Shown here piece after piece: positions 8,026-24,295 of a stretch of 60,378 bases of DNA. Made by a program: the position numbers and the translations under genes. The notes below the pieces were generated by a model that ran no database searches, was not told the DNA's origin, and was given only the letters and a program-made list of their open reading frames with translations. The stretch is from Candidatus Limnocylindrales bacterium (GTDB taxonomy: Bacteria; Chloroflexota; Limnocylindria; Limnocylindrales; CSP1-4), in contig JBKJHI010000066.1 in assembly GCA_046599085.1 (NCBI GenBank), forward strand, positions 1 through 60,378, read 5' to 3'. Positions within the stretch are counted from its first letter, which is position 1, and each line of letters opens with the position of its first letter.

Positions 8026-8910
8026 TCAGCGGATGAGGTACGTCCGCACTGACAGCCACGATCCCAGGATCCCGAGGCCGACGCCCGCGCCCATCACGAG
8101 CGTGACGAGGTCCCGGGCCAGCGACCCCACCTCGAGCGGAAGGACGCGGAAGAATTCGACCATGAATCCGCTGATCGGATCGGCGGCCGCCGCCAGGACG
8201 CCGAGCGTGATGGCCGCGCCAAGGAACCCCACGAAGGCGCCCTCGAACACGAACGGCCAGCGGATGAATGCATCTGACGCTCCGACGAGCCGCATGATCT
8301 CGATCTCCTCGGCGCGCGCGACGACCGCCAGGCGGATCGTGTTGACGATGATGAACAGCACGATGATCCCGACGACGATGAGCAGGACCGTGCCGCCGGT
8401 CCGCAGGATGCTGGTGATCGTCAGGACCCGTTCCACCAGGTCCTCGATGTTGATGACGTTGCGGACCGCGACGTCCTGACGCAACGCGTCCCCCACGACC
8501 CGGATGGCGGTCGGATCGATGAGGGTGATCTCGACGCTGGCGAACAGCGGGTTACTGGCGAGGTACTGGGTCAGGTCCTCGCGGCCCTGCTCCTCCATCG
8601 ACGTCCGGAATCGCTCGAGCGCCTCCGCGCGTGAGACGTAGGTGACGGTGTCGACCTGGGGGATCGCGTCGATGCGCTCGGTCAGGCTTGCGACCTGCGA
8701 GTCCGTGGCGTTCGGCTGGAGGTAGGCGACCACTTCGACCTTCTGCTCGGTGAACGCGAGACCGGCGAGCAACCCGGTCTGGATGATCCAGAAGCCCGCC
8801 AGCAGCAGGAGCATCAGGACCATCGTGGCGGTCGCCGCGAAGCTCATCAGCGCATTGCGCCAGAAGCCCTGCCACGCCCGCCGGATGCTGAAGAGGAGGA
8901 AGGTGATCAC
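8026..8910 (-). CDS. ftsX: Cell division permease FtsX
   Basis: IVNTIRLAVVARAEEIEIMRLVGASDAFIRWPFVFEG. Directly downstream of ftsE. Confidence 0.93.
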   Translation of the reverse strand: MITFLLFSIRRAWQGFWRNALMSFAATATMVLMLLLLAGFWIIQTGLLAGLAFTEQKVEVVAYLQPNATDSQVASLTERIDAIPQVDTVTYVSRAEALERFRTSMEEQGREDLTQYLASNPLFASVEITLIDPTAIRVVGDALRQDVAVRNVINIEDLVERVLTITSILRTGGTVLLIVVGIIVLFIIVNTIRLAVVARAEEIEIMRLVGASDAFIRWPFVFEGAFVGFLGAAITLGVLAAAADPISGFMVEFFRVLPLEVGSLARDLVTLVMGAGVGLGILGSWLSVRTYLIR

Positions 8911-8916
8911 GGGCGG

Positions 8917-9741
8917 TCAGTCCTCGCGGTGGTAGGCGCCACCGACCTCGTCGCGGATGATGCGACCTTCCTCGAGCGCGACGACGCGCTTGCGCAGGGC
9001 GGTCACGACCTCCGCGTTGTGGGTCGCCATCAGGACCGTGACCCCGAGCTCATTGATGCGCAGGAGCAGCTGCAGGATCTCCCAGCTGATCAGCGGGTCC
9101 AGGTTTCCGGTGGGCTCGTCGGCGATGATCAGGCGCGGGTCGTGGACGAGCGCCCGGGCGATGGCCGTGCGCTGCTGCTCGCCGCCGGACAGCTGTGCCG
9201 GGGTCTGCTTCGACTGGTCGGTCAGGCCGACGATCGACAGCACCCGCTCCACGGCGGGCCGGATCTGTCGGCGAGGGGTGCCGGTGACATCGAGGGCGAA
9301 GGCGACATTCTCGAAGACCGACTTGGTCGGCATCAGCTTGAAGTCCTGGAAGATGATCCCGATCTTGCGGCGCATCCTGGGAATGGCCCGGCGTCCCAGC
9401 CGCGCGAGATCCTGGCCATCGAGCACGACCTCGCCACGCGTGGCGACCTCGTCGCGGATCAACAACTTGATGAGCGTCGACTTCCCGGCTCCCGATGGGC
9501 CGACCAGGAACACGAAGTCGCCCTCGGGGATGACCAGGTCCACGTCACGAAGCGCGAGCTTGCCGTTGGGATACTGCTTCGTGACGTCGTGCAGGACGAG
9601 GACCGCGCGCTCGCGCCCGGCTTGATCACGGTGCCGGCCGCGGTCGGTCAGGCGGCTTCGCAGGGATCGGCCCGGTCTGGGAGCAGGGGGAGCGGTCACG
9701 AGTGTCTCCGCGGTCGAGTGCAGTGGGGACGCTGCCGCCAC
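8917..9741 (-). CDS. ftsE: Cell division ATP-binding protein FtsE
   Basis: GPSGAGKSTLIKL, IGIIFQDFKL, LSGGEQQR, IADEPTGNLDP. Start uncertain. Confidence 0.93.
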   Translation of the reverse strand: MAAASPLHSTAETLVTAPPAPRPGRSLRSRLTDRGRHRDQAGRERAVLVLHDVTKQYPNGKLALRDVDLVIPEGDFVFLVGPSGAGKSTLIKLLIRDEVATRGEVVLDGQDLARLGRRAIPRMRRKIGIIFQDFKLMPTKSVFENVAFALDVTGTPRRQIRPAVERVLSIVGLTDQSKQTPAQLSGGEQQRTAIARALVHDPRLIIADEPTGNLDPLISWEILQLLLRINELGVTVLMATHNAEVVTALRKRVVALEEGRIIRDEVGGAYHRED

Positions 9742-9844
9742 CGAACCTGGTTGGGTTCGACTCCGTCCGCGGGCACGGCAAGGGGAGCCACGTCGAGCCC
9801 GAGGCTACCATCCGCCCCGGGCTGGGGCAAACGAGGTGCCGCGG

Positions 9845-10819
9845 TCAGAGCAGGCCCGGCGAGATCGGTACATAGCGGGACCAGTCGCCGAACGGTCTGT
9901 CCCAGCACAGGAGCAGCGGGAACGCCTCCAGGCGCAGGCCGGTGGCGAGCGCCGCCACGACGGCCCGGTCGGCGCTGCCCGGCAGCCAGATCGCATGAGC
10001 GCCGCGGGGCTGGAGCGCGCCCAGGAGGTGACCGATGACCGGCGCCTGCAGGTCCGCATCCCGGACCGCGACCGGCCCGACGCGACCGAGCTCGCTGGCG
10101 TAGCCATAGCCCAGCACGTGCCCATCGGGCCCGATGTACAACCAGCCGCGCCGGCTCTCCGTGCGCAGCCAGCGGTGGTCGATCGGGTGTGCGGCACCGA
10201 GCAGCTCGCGATCCAGGTCGTCAACGGCCTCGGCGAGGCGGCGATGGCCGTCCCCACCCGGAGGACCGGCGGCCAGCTCGTCGAAGGGGATGGCCTGGAC
10301 GCCGGCCGGCAGCTCCCCGAAGGCATCGAGGCTCGACGGCGTCCCGATGAGGTTGAGGAGGGGGATCCGCGGCACGATCCCGAGCGAGGCATACAGGGCG
10401 TTGCTGATCGGCTGCGCGCTGTCCGTGGCGGTCCCGCGGAACGTGATCCCATCCGCGTCCCGTGGCCCGATGTGATCGAGGAGGGCACGACCGATGCCGG
10501 CACCCTGCATCTTCGGCAGCACGAACAACATCGACAGATACCAGAGCGATTCCCGAACCACGGCCGCACCGAAGCCCACGATCTCGTTTCCGTCCGACGT
10601 CTCCCGGACGGCCGCCACGAACCGGTCCGGGTCCGTCGACTGGAGGTGCCGGTAGAGCCGGACGAGTGGGCCGACCTCTTCCGGGAGGGCCGGCTGGCCG
10701 ATGCGCACGATGTAGTCGTCGATGGCGCGGCGCCAGACGTGGGCGCACGTCTCGAGCTCGTCCGGCGTCACGTGTCGATAGCGCAGCCCGCTGCCGACAT
10801 CCGCCTCGACGGCGCTCAC
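9845..10819 (-). CDS. GNAT family N-acetyltransferase (two-domain)
   Basis: LSMLFVLPKMQGAGIGRALL acetyl-CoA motif, ALYASLG, second-domain VGPVAV. GTGA overlap with prfB stop. Confidence 0.85.
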   Translation of the reverse strand: MSAVEADVGSGLRYRHVTPDELETCAHVWRRAIDDYIVRIGQPALPEEVGPLVRLYRHLQSTDPDRFVAAVRETSDGNEIVGFGAAVVRESLWYLSMLFVLPKMQGAGIGRALLDHIGPRDADGITFRGTATDSAQPISNALYASLGIVPRIPLLNLIGTPSSLDAFGELPAGVQAIPFDELAAGPPGGDGHRRLAEAVDDLDRELLGAAHPIDHRWLRTESRRGWLYIGPDGHVLGYGYASELGRVGPVAVRDADLQAPVIGHLLGALQPRGAHAIWLPGSADRAVVAALATGLRLEAFPLLLCWDRPFGDWSRYVPISPGLL

Positions 10820-11947
10820 GAGACGGCGACCTCGGCGCTGTCGCCGGCCATCGCGCCCCCGGTCGCCAATCGCTCGAGCTCAGCCTGCATGAACGCGTCG
10901 AGATCGCCGTCCAGGACGGCCGAGGTATTGCCCGTCTCGTGGCCGCTGCGCAGGTCCTTGACCATCTGGTACGGGTGCAGGACGTAGCTCCGGATCTGGT
11001 TGCCCCAGCCGGCCTCGACATGCTCCCCGCGGAGCTCGCGCATCTCCGCTTCCTTCTCCTCCAGGGCGCGCTCCAGCAGCCGGGCCTTGAGGACGCGGAT
11101 CGCGCTCTCCTTGTTCTGGGTCTGGGATCGCTCGTTCTGGCTCTGGACCACCAGACCGGTGGGGCCGTGGGTCAGGCGCACCGCCGAGTCGGTCTTGTTG
11201 ACGTGCTGGCCACCCGCGCCCTGGGCGCGATAGGTGTCCACCCGGATGACGTCCCAGTCAAGTTCGATCTCGATGTCGTCGTCCACCTCGGGCAGCACCT
11301 CGACCAGGGCGAACGTGGTCTGGCGGCGCTTCTGCGAATCGAACGGACTGATCCGGACGAGGCGGTGGACACCGCGTTCGGCGCGCAGCCAGCCGTAGGC
11401 GCGCCGCCCGTTGACCTCGACCGTGACGCTCTTGAGGCCGGCCTGCTCCCCCTCCTGGGAGTCGATGATCTCCGTATGGAACCGATGGCGTTCCGCCCAG
11501 CGCAGGTACATGCGCAGGAGCATCTCCGCCCAATCGGTCGCTTCGGTCCCGCCGGCGCCGGCACTGATGGTCATGATCGCGGCGCGCTCGTCGTGCTCGC
11601 CGGAAAACAGCAGCGCCGTGCGCTCCATGAGGAAGTCGCTCTCAAGCGTCGTCGCGTCCCGGTCGAGCTCGGCCTCGAGTTCGGCGTCGGGCATCTCGGA
11701 GAGGAGCTCCACGGCGGCTTCCAGGTCGGCGGTCCGCGCCAGGAGCGCATCCCACAGGTCGATCTCCGTGCGCAGGCCGTCAGCCTCGCGAAGGACCTTC
11801 TGGGCGCCGCGCTGGTCGTCCCAGAATCCAGGCTCCTGGGTCAGCGTCTCGAGGGTCGAGACTCGGGTGCGCTTGGTCTCGAGGTCAAAGATGCCCCGAG
11901 GTCGACCGGATCCGTTCAGCCAGGTCGCGGATGGCGGACGCGTCCAC
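10816..11947 (-). CDS. prfB: Peptide chain release factor 2, with programmed +1 frameshift at CTT-TGA-C (11890-11884)
   Basis: SPF and GAGGQHVN motifs. 20-codon first ORF MDASAIRDLAERIRSTSGHL ends GGGG-CAT-CTT-TGA-C and continues +1 as DLETKR...QEPGFWDD. Confidence 0.95.
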
Positions 11948-12172
11948 CTAGTTCCGGGCCTGGAGATCCTGGAGCAGGATCGGGCGCAGCTCGATGAGCC
12001 GCAGCGCCGTCTTGCTTCTGGCGCCGACGGGGTTCACGCACGGGCAATAGCTGTTGTGTGGGCACACGCCGCAGTTGCCATCGCAGTCGAGGGCGGCGGC
12101 GTAACTGCAGTTCCGGCAGTCCCGTTCGCAGGCGATCAGATCGACGAATGCGGCGTCTTCGGCCTGCTTCAA
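11948..12172 (-). CDS. Small Cys-rich hypothetical protein (2x CxxxCxxC + CPC)
   Basis: TTG start with AGAGAGGGAG SD, high-GC3 codon use, own promoter, TAG directly abuts the prfB GTG. Confidence 0.75.
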   Translation of the reverse strand: MKQAEDAAFVDLIACERDCRNCSYAAALDCDGNCGVCPHNSYCPCVNPVGARSKTALRLIELRPILLQDLQARN

Positions 12173-12266
12173 TGGACTCCCTCTCTCTACGACGCTGGGC
12201 AGGGGCGTGGGCTGGGAGCGACCCGACGTTGGGGTTCAAGCGACCCCGGGCGCCGGGTTTTGGCAC

Positions 12267-12295
12267 AGTATACGGGGCCGATCCCCCACCGCCAA
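12267..12295 (-). promoter_or_regulatory. sigma70-type promoter of the Cys-ORF/prfB operon
   Basis: TTGGCG-17 nt-TATACT. Confidence 0.65.
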
Positions 12296-12340
12296 GAGGG
12301 TACTTTTCAGGGCCGGCCGGGCGTCCTCAGGCTGCCCTGG

Positions 12341-12946
12341 TCACGGGCTGGTCGACGAGCTCCCACCGACCGTGTACAGGGCAAGTGCACCGAGCTCATG
12401 GATGGCCGCGTCGGCGACCGCGACCGGGTCGCGCCTGATCGGGCTGGTCTGGGTCGGTGACCCCGTCGCGGTGATGCCCGCGTCCGTGGCCAGGCGCAGG
12501 ACCCGATACATGTGGGTCGGGTCGGACACGAACACCGCGCTGCCGATGGCTGCATCGCGCATCAGGACGGCGACAGCCCGGATGGAGCTCAGGGTCGAGC
12601 GGCTCTGATCCTCGCCGATGATCGCGTCGGGAGGGACGCCGTGCTCGATGGCGTAGGCGCGAGCTGTGGCCGCTTCGGTCGTGCGGTCGTCGGCGAGCTT
12701 GCCGCCGGTCACGATGAGGAGCGGTGCCACCCCGTCGCGGTACAGCTCGATGGCGTGATCAAGCCGCGCCGCGAAGACGGGCGAGGGTCGACCGTCGTAC
12801 TGCGCGGCGCCCATGACGACGATCGCATCGGCACCGGTCCGATCATCGCGGACCGCGGCATCCCAGATGCGATAGGTCGTGTACGCCACGAACCCGATGC
12901 CGACGAGCCCGACGAGCAGGATCAGGCGACGAACCAGGCAAATCAC
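12341..12946 (-). CDS. YdcF/SanA (DUF218) family protein
   Basis: N-terminal TM, ADAIVVMGAAQYDGRPSPVFAARLDHA, LIVTGGK, EDQSRST, VSDPTHMYR. Confidence 0.88.
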   Translation of the reverse strand: MICLVRRLILLVGLVGIGFVAYTTYRIWDAAVRDDRTGADAIVVMGAAQYDGRPSPVFAARLDHAIELYRDGVAPLLIVTGGKLADDRTTEAATARAYAIEHGVPPDAIIGEDQSRSTLSSIRAVAVLMRDAAIGSAVFVSDPTHMYRVLRLATDAGITATGSPTQTSPIRRDPVAVADAAIHELGALALYTVGGSSSTSP

Positions 12947-12971
12947 CGGGATCGAACGGCGATCGGCGGGC

Positions 12972-15986
<3,015 letters not shown>

Positions 15987-16081
15987 GGGACGGTGAGTAT
16001 ACGGTCAGACAGGTTCGCGCCCGGTCGGCGGCTCATGCGCGACGGATGGGCGGTGCCGTCGCCTCCGCGCGGGTCGCCCGG

Positions 16082-16342
16082 TCAGCCCTGCAGCGACCAG
16101 AACCCCGAGCCGTAGCCGACCACGATGACGCCGAACGTGGCCGCCCCAAGGGCCAGCCAGAAGAGCGCGGACCGAAGCCGCGACGTCGGGTTCATCTCCG
16201 GATTCTTGTGCTCGGGCAGCCGGCCACCCTTGAGCTCGCTCCCCCAGCGCGGCGAACGCAGCTGGTCGCGCCAGTCCTTGGGCGTGACGGGCCGCGGCTC
16301 GAGGCCGCCTTCGCCATCCGGTCGGTGCAGCTTGAGGGTCAT
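16082..16342 (-). CDS. Hypothetical small membrane protein
   Basis: ATGA overlap with the prs stop, SD AGGAG, C-terminal TM helix LFWLALGAATFGVIVVGYG. Confidence 0.7.
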   Translation of the reverse strand: MTLKLHRPDGEGGLEPRPVTPKDWRDQLRSPRWGSELKGGRLPEHKNPEMNPTSRLRSALFWLALGAATFGVIVVGYGSGFWSLQG

Positions 16343-17406
16343 CGGTCTCCTGTCGCGGCGCTGCTGTCGGTCGTCGGACCGAGGTCGCTGCCATCCTCCC
16401 ACAGGAGCATCTCCTGGGTGAAGGACACTTCGCTGCTGAACAGGGCGCCGACCGACTCGCCGCGATGGATCCGTCGGATGGCCTCGCCGATGAGCGGCGC
16501 AACGGACAGCACGGTCAGCTTGGGCGACCGCTTGGACGCCGGCAGCGGGATCGAGTCCGTGATGACGACCTCGCGCAGGATGCTGTCGCGGATCCGCTCC
16601 AGCGCCGGATCGGACAACACGCCGTGGGTCGCCGTCGCGTACATCTCCGTGACGCCCTCGCGCTCCAGCGCGCGGACCACCTCGATGAGCGTGCCGCCGG
16701 TGTCGATCTCGTCGTCGACGATGATCGCCCGCTTGCCCTTGACATCGCCGATGACGTTCATCAACTCCGCGCGATCGAGGTTCCCGACCCGTCGCTTCTC
16801 GATGATGGCCAGCGGCGCGTCGACCAGCTCGGCGAACGTCCGCGCACGCTTGGCGAAGCCAAGATCGGTCACGACGACGCAGTCCTCCAGGTGCTTGTCG
16901 ATGAAGTAGCGTGACAGCAGATGGACGGCTGTCAACTCATCGACAGGGATGTTGAAGAAGCCCTGGATCTGGCCCTGGTGCAGGTCCATCGTCAGGACCC
17001 GGTCGGCGCCGGCGACGGTGATCATGTCGGCGATCAGGCGGGCCGTGATGGGCACGCGCGGCTGGTCCTTCTTGTCCGAGCGCCCGTACGCGTAGAACGG
17101 GATGACCGCCGTGATCCGGCCCGCGGAGGCCCGCTTGAAGGCGTCGATCATGATTAGCAGTTCCATGATCGACTGGTTGACCGGATGGGACGTCGGCTGG
17201 ACCAGGAAGACGTCCTTCTCGCGGACGTTGTCGAGGATCTTGACGAAGATGTTCTCGTTCGCGAACTGGAACACCTCGGCCTTGCCGGTCTCTGCGCCCA
17301 GATAGCGCGCGATCTTTGCGGCCAGCAGCGGGTTGGCGTTGCCGTGGTAGATCTCGAACTGGTCCGCGTACAAGGCGCCCTTCTCCCGCTGGCCGAAGCC
17401 CGTCAT
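16339..17406 (-). CDS. prs: Ribose-phosphate pyrophosphokinase
   Basis: YAYGRSDKKDQPRVPITA, MDLHQGQIQGFFNIPVD, IIVDDEIDTGGT, ATHGVLS. Confidence 0.96.
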   Translation of the reverse strand: MTGFGQREKGALYADQFEIYHGNANPLLAAKIARYLGAETGKAEVFQFANENIFVKILDNVREKDVFLVQPTSHPVNQSIMELLIMIDAFKRASAGRITAVIPFYAYGRSDKKDQPRVPITARLIADMITVAGADRVLTMDLHQGQIQGFFNIPVDELTAVHLLSRYFIDKHLEDCVVVTDLGFAKRARTFAELVDAPLAIIEKRRVGNLDRAELMNVIGDVKGKRAIIVDDEIDTGGTLIEVVRALEREGVTEMYATATHGVLSDPALERIRDSILREVVITDSIPLPASKRSPKLTVLSVAPLIGEAIRRIHRGESVGALFSSEVSFTQEMLLWEDGSDLGPTTDSSAATGDR

Positions 17407-17422
17407 CGATGGACCGTCCGGA

Positions 17423-19990
17423 TCACGCGCCGCCGCTCGGGCTCGTCGTGCCGGGACCGTCTGTGGCGGGGGCGCCATCGTCGCCGATGGGGTCCTGCTC
17501 CGCAAGCCCGGCGCGGAACGCGGCGATGGCCACGACGCGATCGCCCTCGGCCAGCCGCATCACGATGACGCCGCGAGCCGACGACGAGTAGCGGTTGATC
17601 GAGTTGGTCTCGGTCCGGATGACCTGGCCGCCGGCGCTGATGAGGAGCAGCTCCTCGTCCTCGTCGGTGACCTGCTGGACGGCCGCGACGTCGCCGGTCT
17701 TCTTGCCCTCAAGGGAGATGAGACCGACACCCTGGCCGCCGCGATGCTTGATCCGGAACTCGGTCAGGGGGACGCGTTTGCCGTAGCCGGTATCGGTCAG
17801 GACGAGCAGGTCCGCGTCCGGCTCCACGACGCTCATGCCCACGACCGCGTCGTTCTGACGGGCCAGCCGGATGCCGATGACGCCGGCCGCATCGCGACCC
17901 ATCGGTCGGACCTCGCCCTCGGCGAACCGGGCGAGCTTGCCCTTGGCGGTCGCGATGATGACGTCGTCGGCGCCGGTCGAGACGTCGACCCAGGCGAGCT
18001 CGTCGTTCTCGGCGATGGTGATCGCCCGGATACCCGACGAGCGGACTCGCTCGAACTGCTCGAGCGGCGTCTTCTTGACGATGCCCTTGCGGGTCGCCAG
18101 GACGAGGTACGAACCGGGCGTGAAGTCCTTGAGCATGATCGTCGCGAGCGGGACTTCGCCGGATTCCACCTGGACGCCGGGGAGATTGATGATCGGGATG
18201 CCCTTGGCCTGACGACTCGCGTCCGGGATGGCATGGACCTTGGCACTGAACACGCGGCCGCGGTTGGTGAAGAACAGCGCCCAATGGTGCGTGTTCGCCA
18301 CGAGCAGGTGCTCGACTGCGTCCTCCTCGCGGGTGACGTGGCCGATGATGCCCTTGCCGCCGCGATGCTGGCGGCGGTACGTGTCGACCGGCTGGCGCTT
18401 GATGTAGCCGCGGCCGGAGATGGTCACGACGACATCCTCGTCGGCGATGAGGTCCTCGTCGGTCATCTCGCGGCTGGCGTCGTCGGCGACGCGCGTCCGG
18501 CGCTCGCCGGCGTACTTGCGCTTCAGCTCGGCCAGCTCCTCCTTGATGATCGACAGCACGCGGCTGGCGTTCGCGAGGATGTCCTCGAGCTCGGCGATGA
18601 CCTGGATGATGGCGAGGTACTCGTCCTCGATCTTCTTGCGCTCGAGGGCGGCCAGCCGGGCGAGTCGCATGTCGAGGATGGCCTGGGCCTGGATCTCGGT
18701 CAGGTCGAACCGGTTCATGAGGTTCGTGCGCGCGAGGTCCACGTCGTTCGACTCGCGGATCGTCTGGATGACCGCGTCCAGGTTGTCGAGGGCGATCTTC
18801 AGGCCCTCGAGGATATGCGCCCGCGCTCGCGCCTTCTCGAGGTCGTACTCGGTCCGGCGGCGGATGATCTCGCGCCGGTGCTCGATGTAGTGCTCGAGCA
18901 CGCTCTTGAGCGGCAGCGTCTGCGGCTGGCCATCAACGAGCGCGAGCATGTTCATGTTGAACGTGAGCTGCATCGACGTGTGCTTGAACAGGTTGTTCAG
19001 CACCTTGTGCGGGTTGGCGTCGCGCTTGATCTCGATGTAGATGCGCATGCCATCGCGGTCGGACTCGTCGCGAAGATCGCTGATGCCGTCGATCTTCTTG
19101 TCCTTGACCAGGTCGGCCATCTTCTCGAGCAGGCTGGCCTTGTTCACCTGGTACGGCAGCTCGCTGACGATGATCGCCGTCCGATCGCCGCGTGCCGACT
19201 CCTCGAAGGCGACCTGCGCGCGCATGACGACCCGGCCGCGACCGTGGGCGTACATCTGGCGGATCGCGTCGACGGTCTCCCACTCGCCGCTGATCACGTT
19301 GCGTTGCTTCTCGAAGCGGAAGATCGTCCCGCCGGTCGGGAAATCGGGGCCCTGGACGAACTTGCACAGGTCGTCGGTGGTGAGCTCCGGGTCGTCGATG
19401 AGGGCGACCGCCGCGTCGCAGATCTCGCCGAGGTGATGGGGCGGGATGTTCGTCGCCATGCCGACGGCGATGCCACTGGACCCGTTGATGAGCAGGTTCG
19501 GGAGCTTGGCCGGGAGGACCGTCGGCTGCTTCTGCGTGCCGTCGTAGTTGTCGACGTAATCGACGGTGTCCTTGTCGATGTCGGCCAGCATCTCGGCCGA
19601 GATGCCGGTCAGGCGCGCCTCCGTGTAGCGCATCGCCGCGGCGGAGTCGCCATCGACGGACCCGAAGTTGCCCTGCCCATCGACCAGCGGGTAGCGCATC
19701 GAGAAGTCCTGGGCGAGGCGCACGAGGGCGTCGTACAGGGCCACATCGCCGTGCGGGTGGTACTTGCCCATCACCTCGCCGACGATCGCCGCGCACTTGC
19801 GGTACGAGCTCGTGGCGGACAGGCCCATCTCGCCCATCGTGTACAGGATGCGGCGATGGACCGGCTTGAGGCCGTCGCGGACGTCGGGCAGGGCGCGCGA
19901 CACGATGACGCTCATCGCGTAATCGAGGTACGAGACGCGCATCTCGTCCTCGATCCGGATGGCTCGGACGTCGCCCAGGTTGTCGGTCAC
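17423..19990 (-). CDS. gyrA: DNA gyrase subunit A
   Basis: [31 protein letters not shown], GyrA-box QHRGGKG. Confidence 0.98.
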   Translation of the reverse strand: MTDNLGDVRAIRIEDEMRVSYLDYAMSVIVSRALPDVRDGLKPVHRRILYTMGEMGLSATSSYRKCAAIVGEVMGKYHPHGDVALYDALVRLAQDFSMRYPLVDGQGNFGSVDGDSAAAMRYTEARLTGISAEMLADIDKDTVDYVDNYDGTQKQPTVLPAKLPNLLINGSSGIAVGMATNIPPHHLGEICDAAVALIDDPELTTDDLCKFVQGPDFPTGGTIFRFEKQRNVISGEWETVDAIRQMYAHGRGRVVMRAQVAFEESARGDRTAIIVSELPYQVNKASLLEKMADLVKDKKIDGISDLRDESDRDGMRIYIEIKRDANPHKVLNNLFKHTSMQLTFNMNMLALVDGQPQTLPLKSVLEHYIEHRREIIRRRTEYDLEKARARAHILEGLKIALDNLDAVIQTIRESNDVDLARTNLMNRFDLTEIQAQAILDMRLARLAALERKKIEDEYLAIIQVIAELEDILANASRVLSIIKEELAELKRKYAGERRTRVADDASREMTDEDLIADEDVVVTISGRGYIKRQPVDTYRRQHRGGKGIIGHVTREEDAVEHLLVANTHHWALFFTNRGRVFSAKVHAIPDASRQAKGIPIINLPGVQVESGEVPLATIMLKDFTPGSYLVLATRKGIVKKTPLEQFERVRSSGIRAITIAENDELAWVDVSTGADDVIIATAKGKLARFAEGEVRPMGRDAAGVIGIRLARQNDAVVGMSVVEPDADLLVLTDTGYGKRVPLTEFRIKHRGGQGVGLISLEGKKTGDVAAVQQVTDEDEELLLISAGGQVIRTETNSINRYSSSARGVIVMRLAEGDRVVAIAAFRAGLAEQDPIGDDGAPATDGPGTTSPSGGA

Positions 19991-20015
19991 GATCGGCTAC
20001 TCCTGCGGGGTCGGT

Positions 20016-20972
20016 TCACAGCGGCGGTTCGGGGTGGATGGACGGATCGGGCATGCCACCGAACGCCGCGGCGGTCGAGGCCGCAGCCGAGGTGGCGGGA
20101 GCATCTGCACGGCGCCGGATGCCGGATAGGGCCGTGCGAAGCGCGTCGGCTTCGGCGGGGTCGAGTTTGGCCAGGCTATCCCGGATCACCCAGGCACGGT
20201 GGCCATCGTCGGCCCGGGCGGCCACATCGGTCTCGCGACGCAGCGCGGCTGTGACGGCGTCGCGATCGAGCGCGGCGAGCGACCGGTACGCCCACGCGAG
20301 CGCCTTCTGGACGTCTGGCTCGGCATCACCGAGGAGCTGTTCGAGGATGGGCATGGCCCGCGCCACGATGTTCGCGCCGTTCACCCGGCCCTCGCCATGG
20401 GTCATCGTGGCGATGGTCGAACCGACGAGCCGGCGCTCCCAGCGCGACGGGGAATAGATGAGTTGCTCGAGTTCCGACCAGCGATACGATTCGAGTGCGA
20501 TACCCGCTGCGTACGGGGCAGCGAGGGAATCGACCGTGATCCAGTCATCGGCTGAGCGGGCGGCACGCCGCATGAGCTGCCAGGTCCGCTCCGCTTCCCC
20601 CGGGAGTGTCCGCTGGAGGATGTCGAAGGCCAGCCAGTGCGCCTCAAGATGCTCCTCGCGGAGCAGGCGGTCCGCGACGAATAGCAGGGTCGTCGCGCGG
20701 TCCTCGAGGGTCGCGGCGCGGAATGCCGTCGTGACGGCTGCGAGCAGCGGGCGCCGAACACCGTGGATCGTGCCGATCCCCGGGGCGACGCGCCGCTGGC
20801 CAGCCAGGTAGGTCGGGTCGCTCAATCCGGCCAGGCCGCGGTGCATCGCAGCGGCGAGGGTGTCGGCGTTCTGGACGTCGTCCGCGAGCGCCGTGCCGAG
20901 TGCCGTGGCTCTCTCGAGGTTCGCGGTCACGAACGCATCGGCCGTGGCAGTCGTGGGGCTCTCGGCGATCAT
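20016..20972 (-). CDS. DNA alkylation repair protein (AlkD-like HEAT repeat)
   Basis: IHGVRRP, DDWITVDSLA, SRWERR, DAEPDVQKALAWAYR motifs. Confidence 0.8.
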   Translation of the reverse strand: MIAESPTTATADAFVTANLERATALGTALADDVQNADTLAAAMHRGLAGLSDPTYLAGQRRVAPGIGTIHGVRRPLLAAVTTAFRAATLEDRATTLLFVADRLLREEHLEAHWLAFDILQRTLPGEAERTWQLMRRAARSADDWITVDSLAAPYAAGIALESYRWSELEQLIYSPSRWERRLVGSTIATMTHGEGRVNGANIVARAMPILEQLLGDAEPDVQKALAWAYRSLAALDRDAVTAALRRETDVAARADDGHRAWVIRDSLAKLDPAEADALRTALSGIRRRADAPATSAAASTAAAFGGMPDPSIHPEPPL

Positions 20973-21466
20973 CGTGCGGCGTCCACCGGTTCGGGCGTCT
21001 CGACCGAGCGGGGTCCATAGCGAGCCTGCAGTTCGGCCTTTCGGGTCGTGTCGGCAGCGACGTAGGTCCCGGTCGCGGTGGCGAGCAGCTCGCCGCTGGC
21101 CGCGGCCACGAGGCGCGCACTCGTCTCGATCAACCGGCGTCGGGCCCGCGTCACGATCCCGTCCGCGCGCAACGGGACGCCGATCGGCACCGGGCGTCGG
21201 AACTCGAGCGCCATGCGCGCCGTGACGCCCCACTCGTCGGCACCGGCGAGGGACCAGGCCATCACCTCGTCGAGGACCGTGGCGATGATGCCGCCGTGAG
21301 CGATGCCGTCCCAGCCCTGGAAGTCGCGCTGGAGCTCGAACGTCGTCCACGCCGACCGCGGTTCGACGTGGAGCTGGAGCCCGAGCCCGCGCACGTTCGT
21401 CGTGCCGCAGGCGAAGCAGTGGTGCGGCTCGATCTCGAACCGCCGACCGCCTGGAACATCGAACAC
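20969..21466 (-). CDS. PaaI family (hotdog) thioesterase
   Basis: CFACGTTN..GL, FQGWDGIAHGGIIATVLDEVM, FRRPVP. Start could be TTG 21484. Confidence 0.88.
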   Translation of the reverse strand: MFDVPGGRRFEIEPHHCFACGTTNVRGLGLQLHVEPRSAWTTFELQRDFQGWDGIAHGGIIATVLDEVMAWSLAGADEWGVTARMALEFRRPVPIGVPLRADGIVTRARRRLIETSARLVAAASGELLATATGTYVAADTTRKAELQARYGPRSVETPEPVDAAR

Positions 21467-21473
21467 CCGCGGC

Positions 21474-24294
<2,821 letters not shown>

Positions 24295-24295
<1 letters not shown>

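Noticed and set aside
11884-11947. prfB pseudogene or sequencing frameshift
   Set aside because: The break falls exactly at the canonical CTT-TGA-C programmed frameshift.
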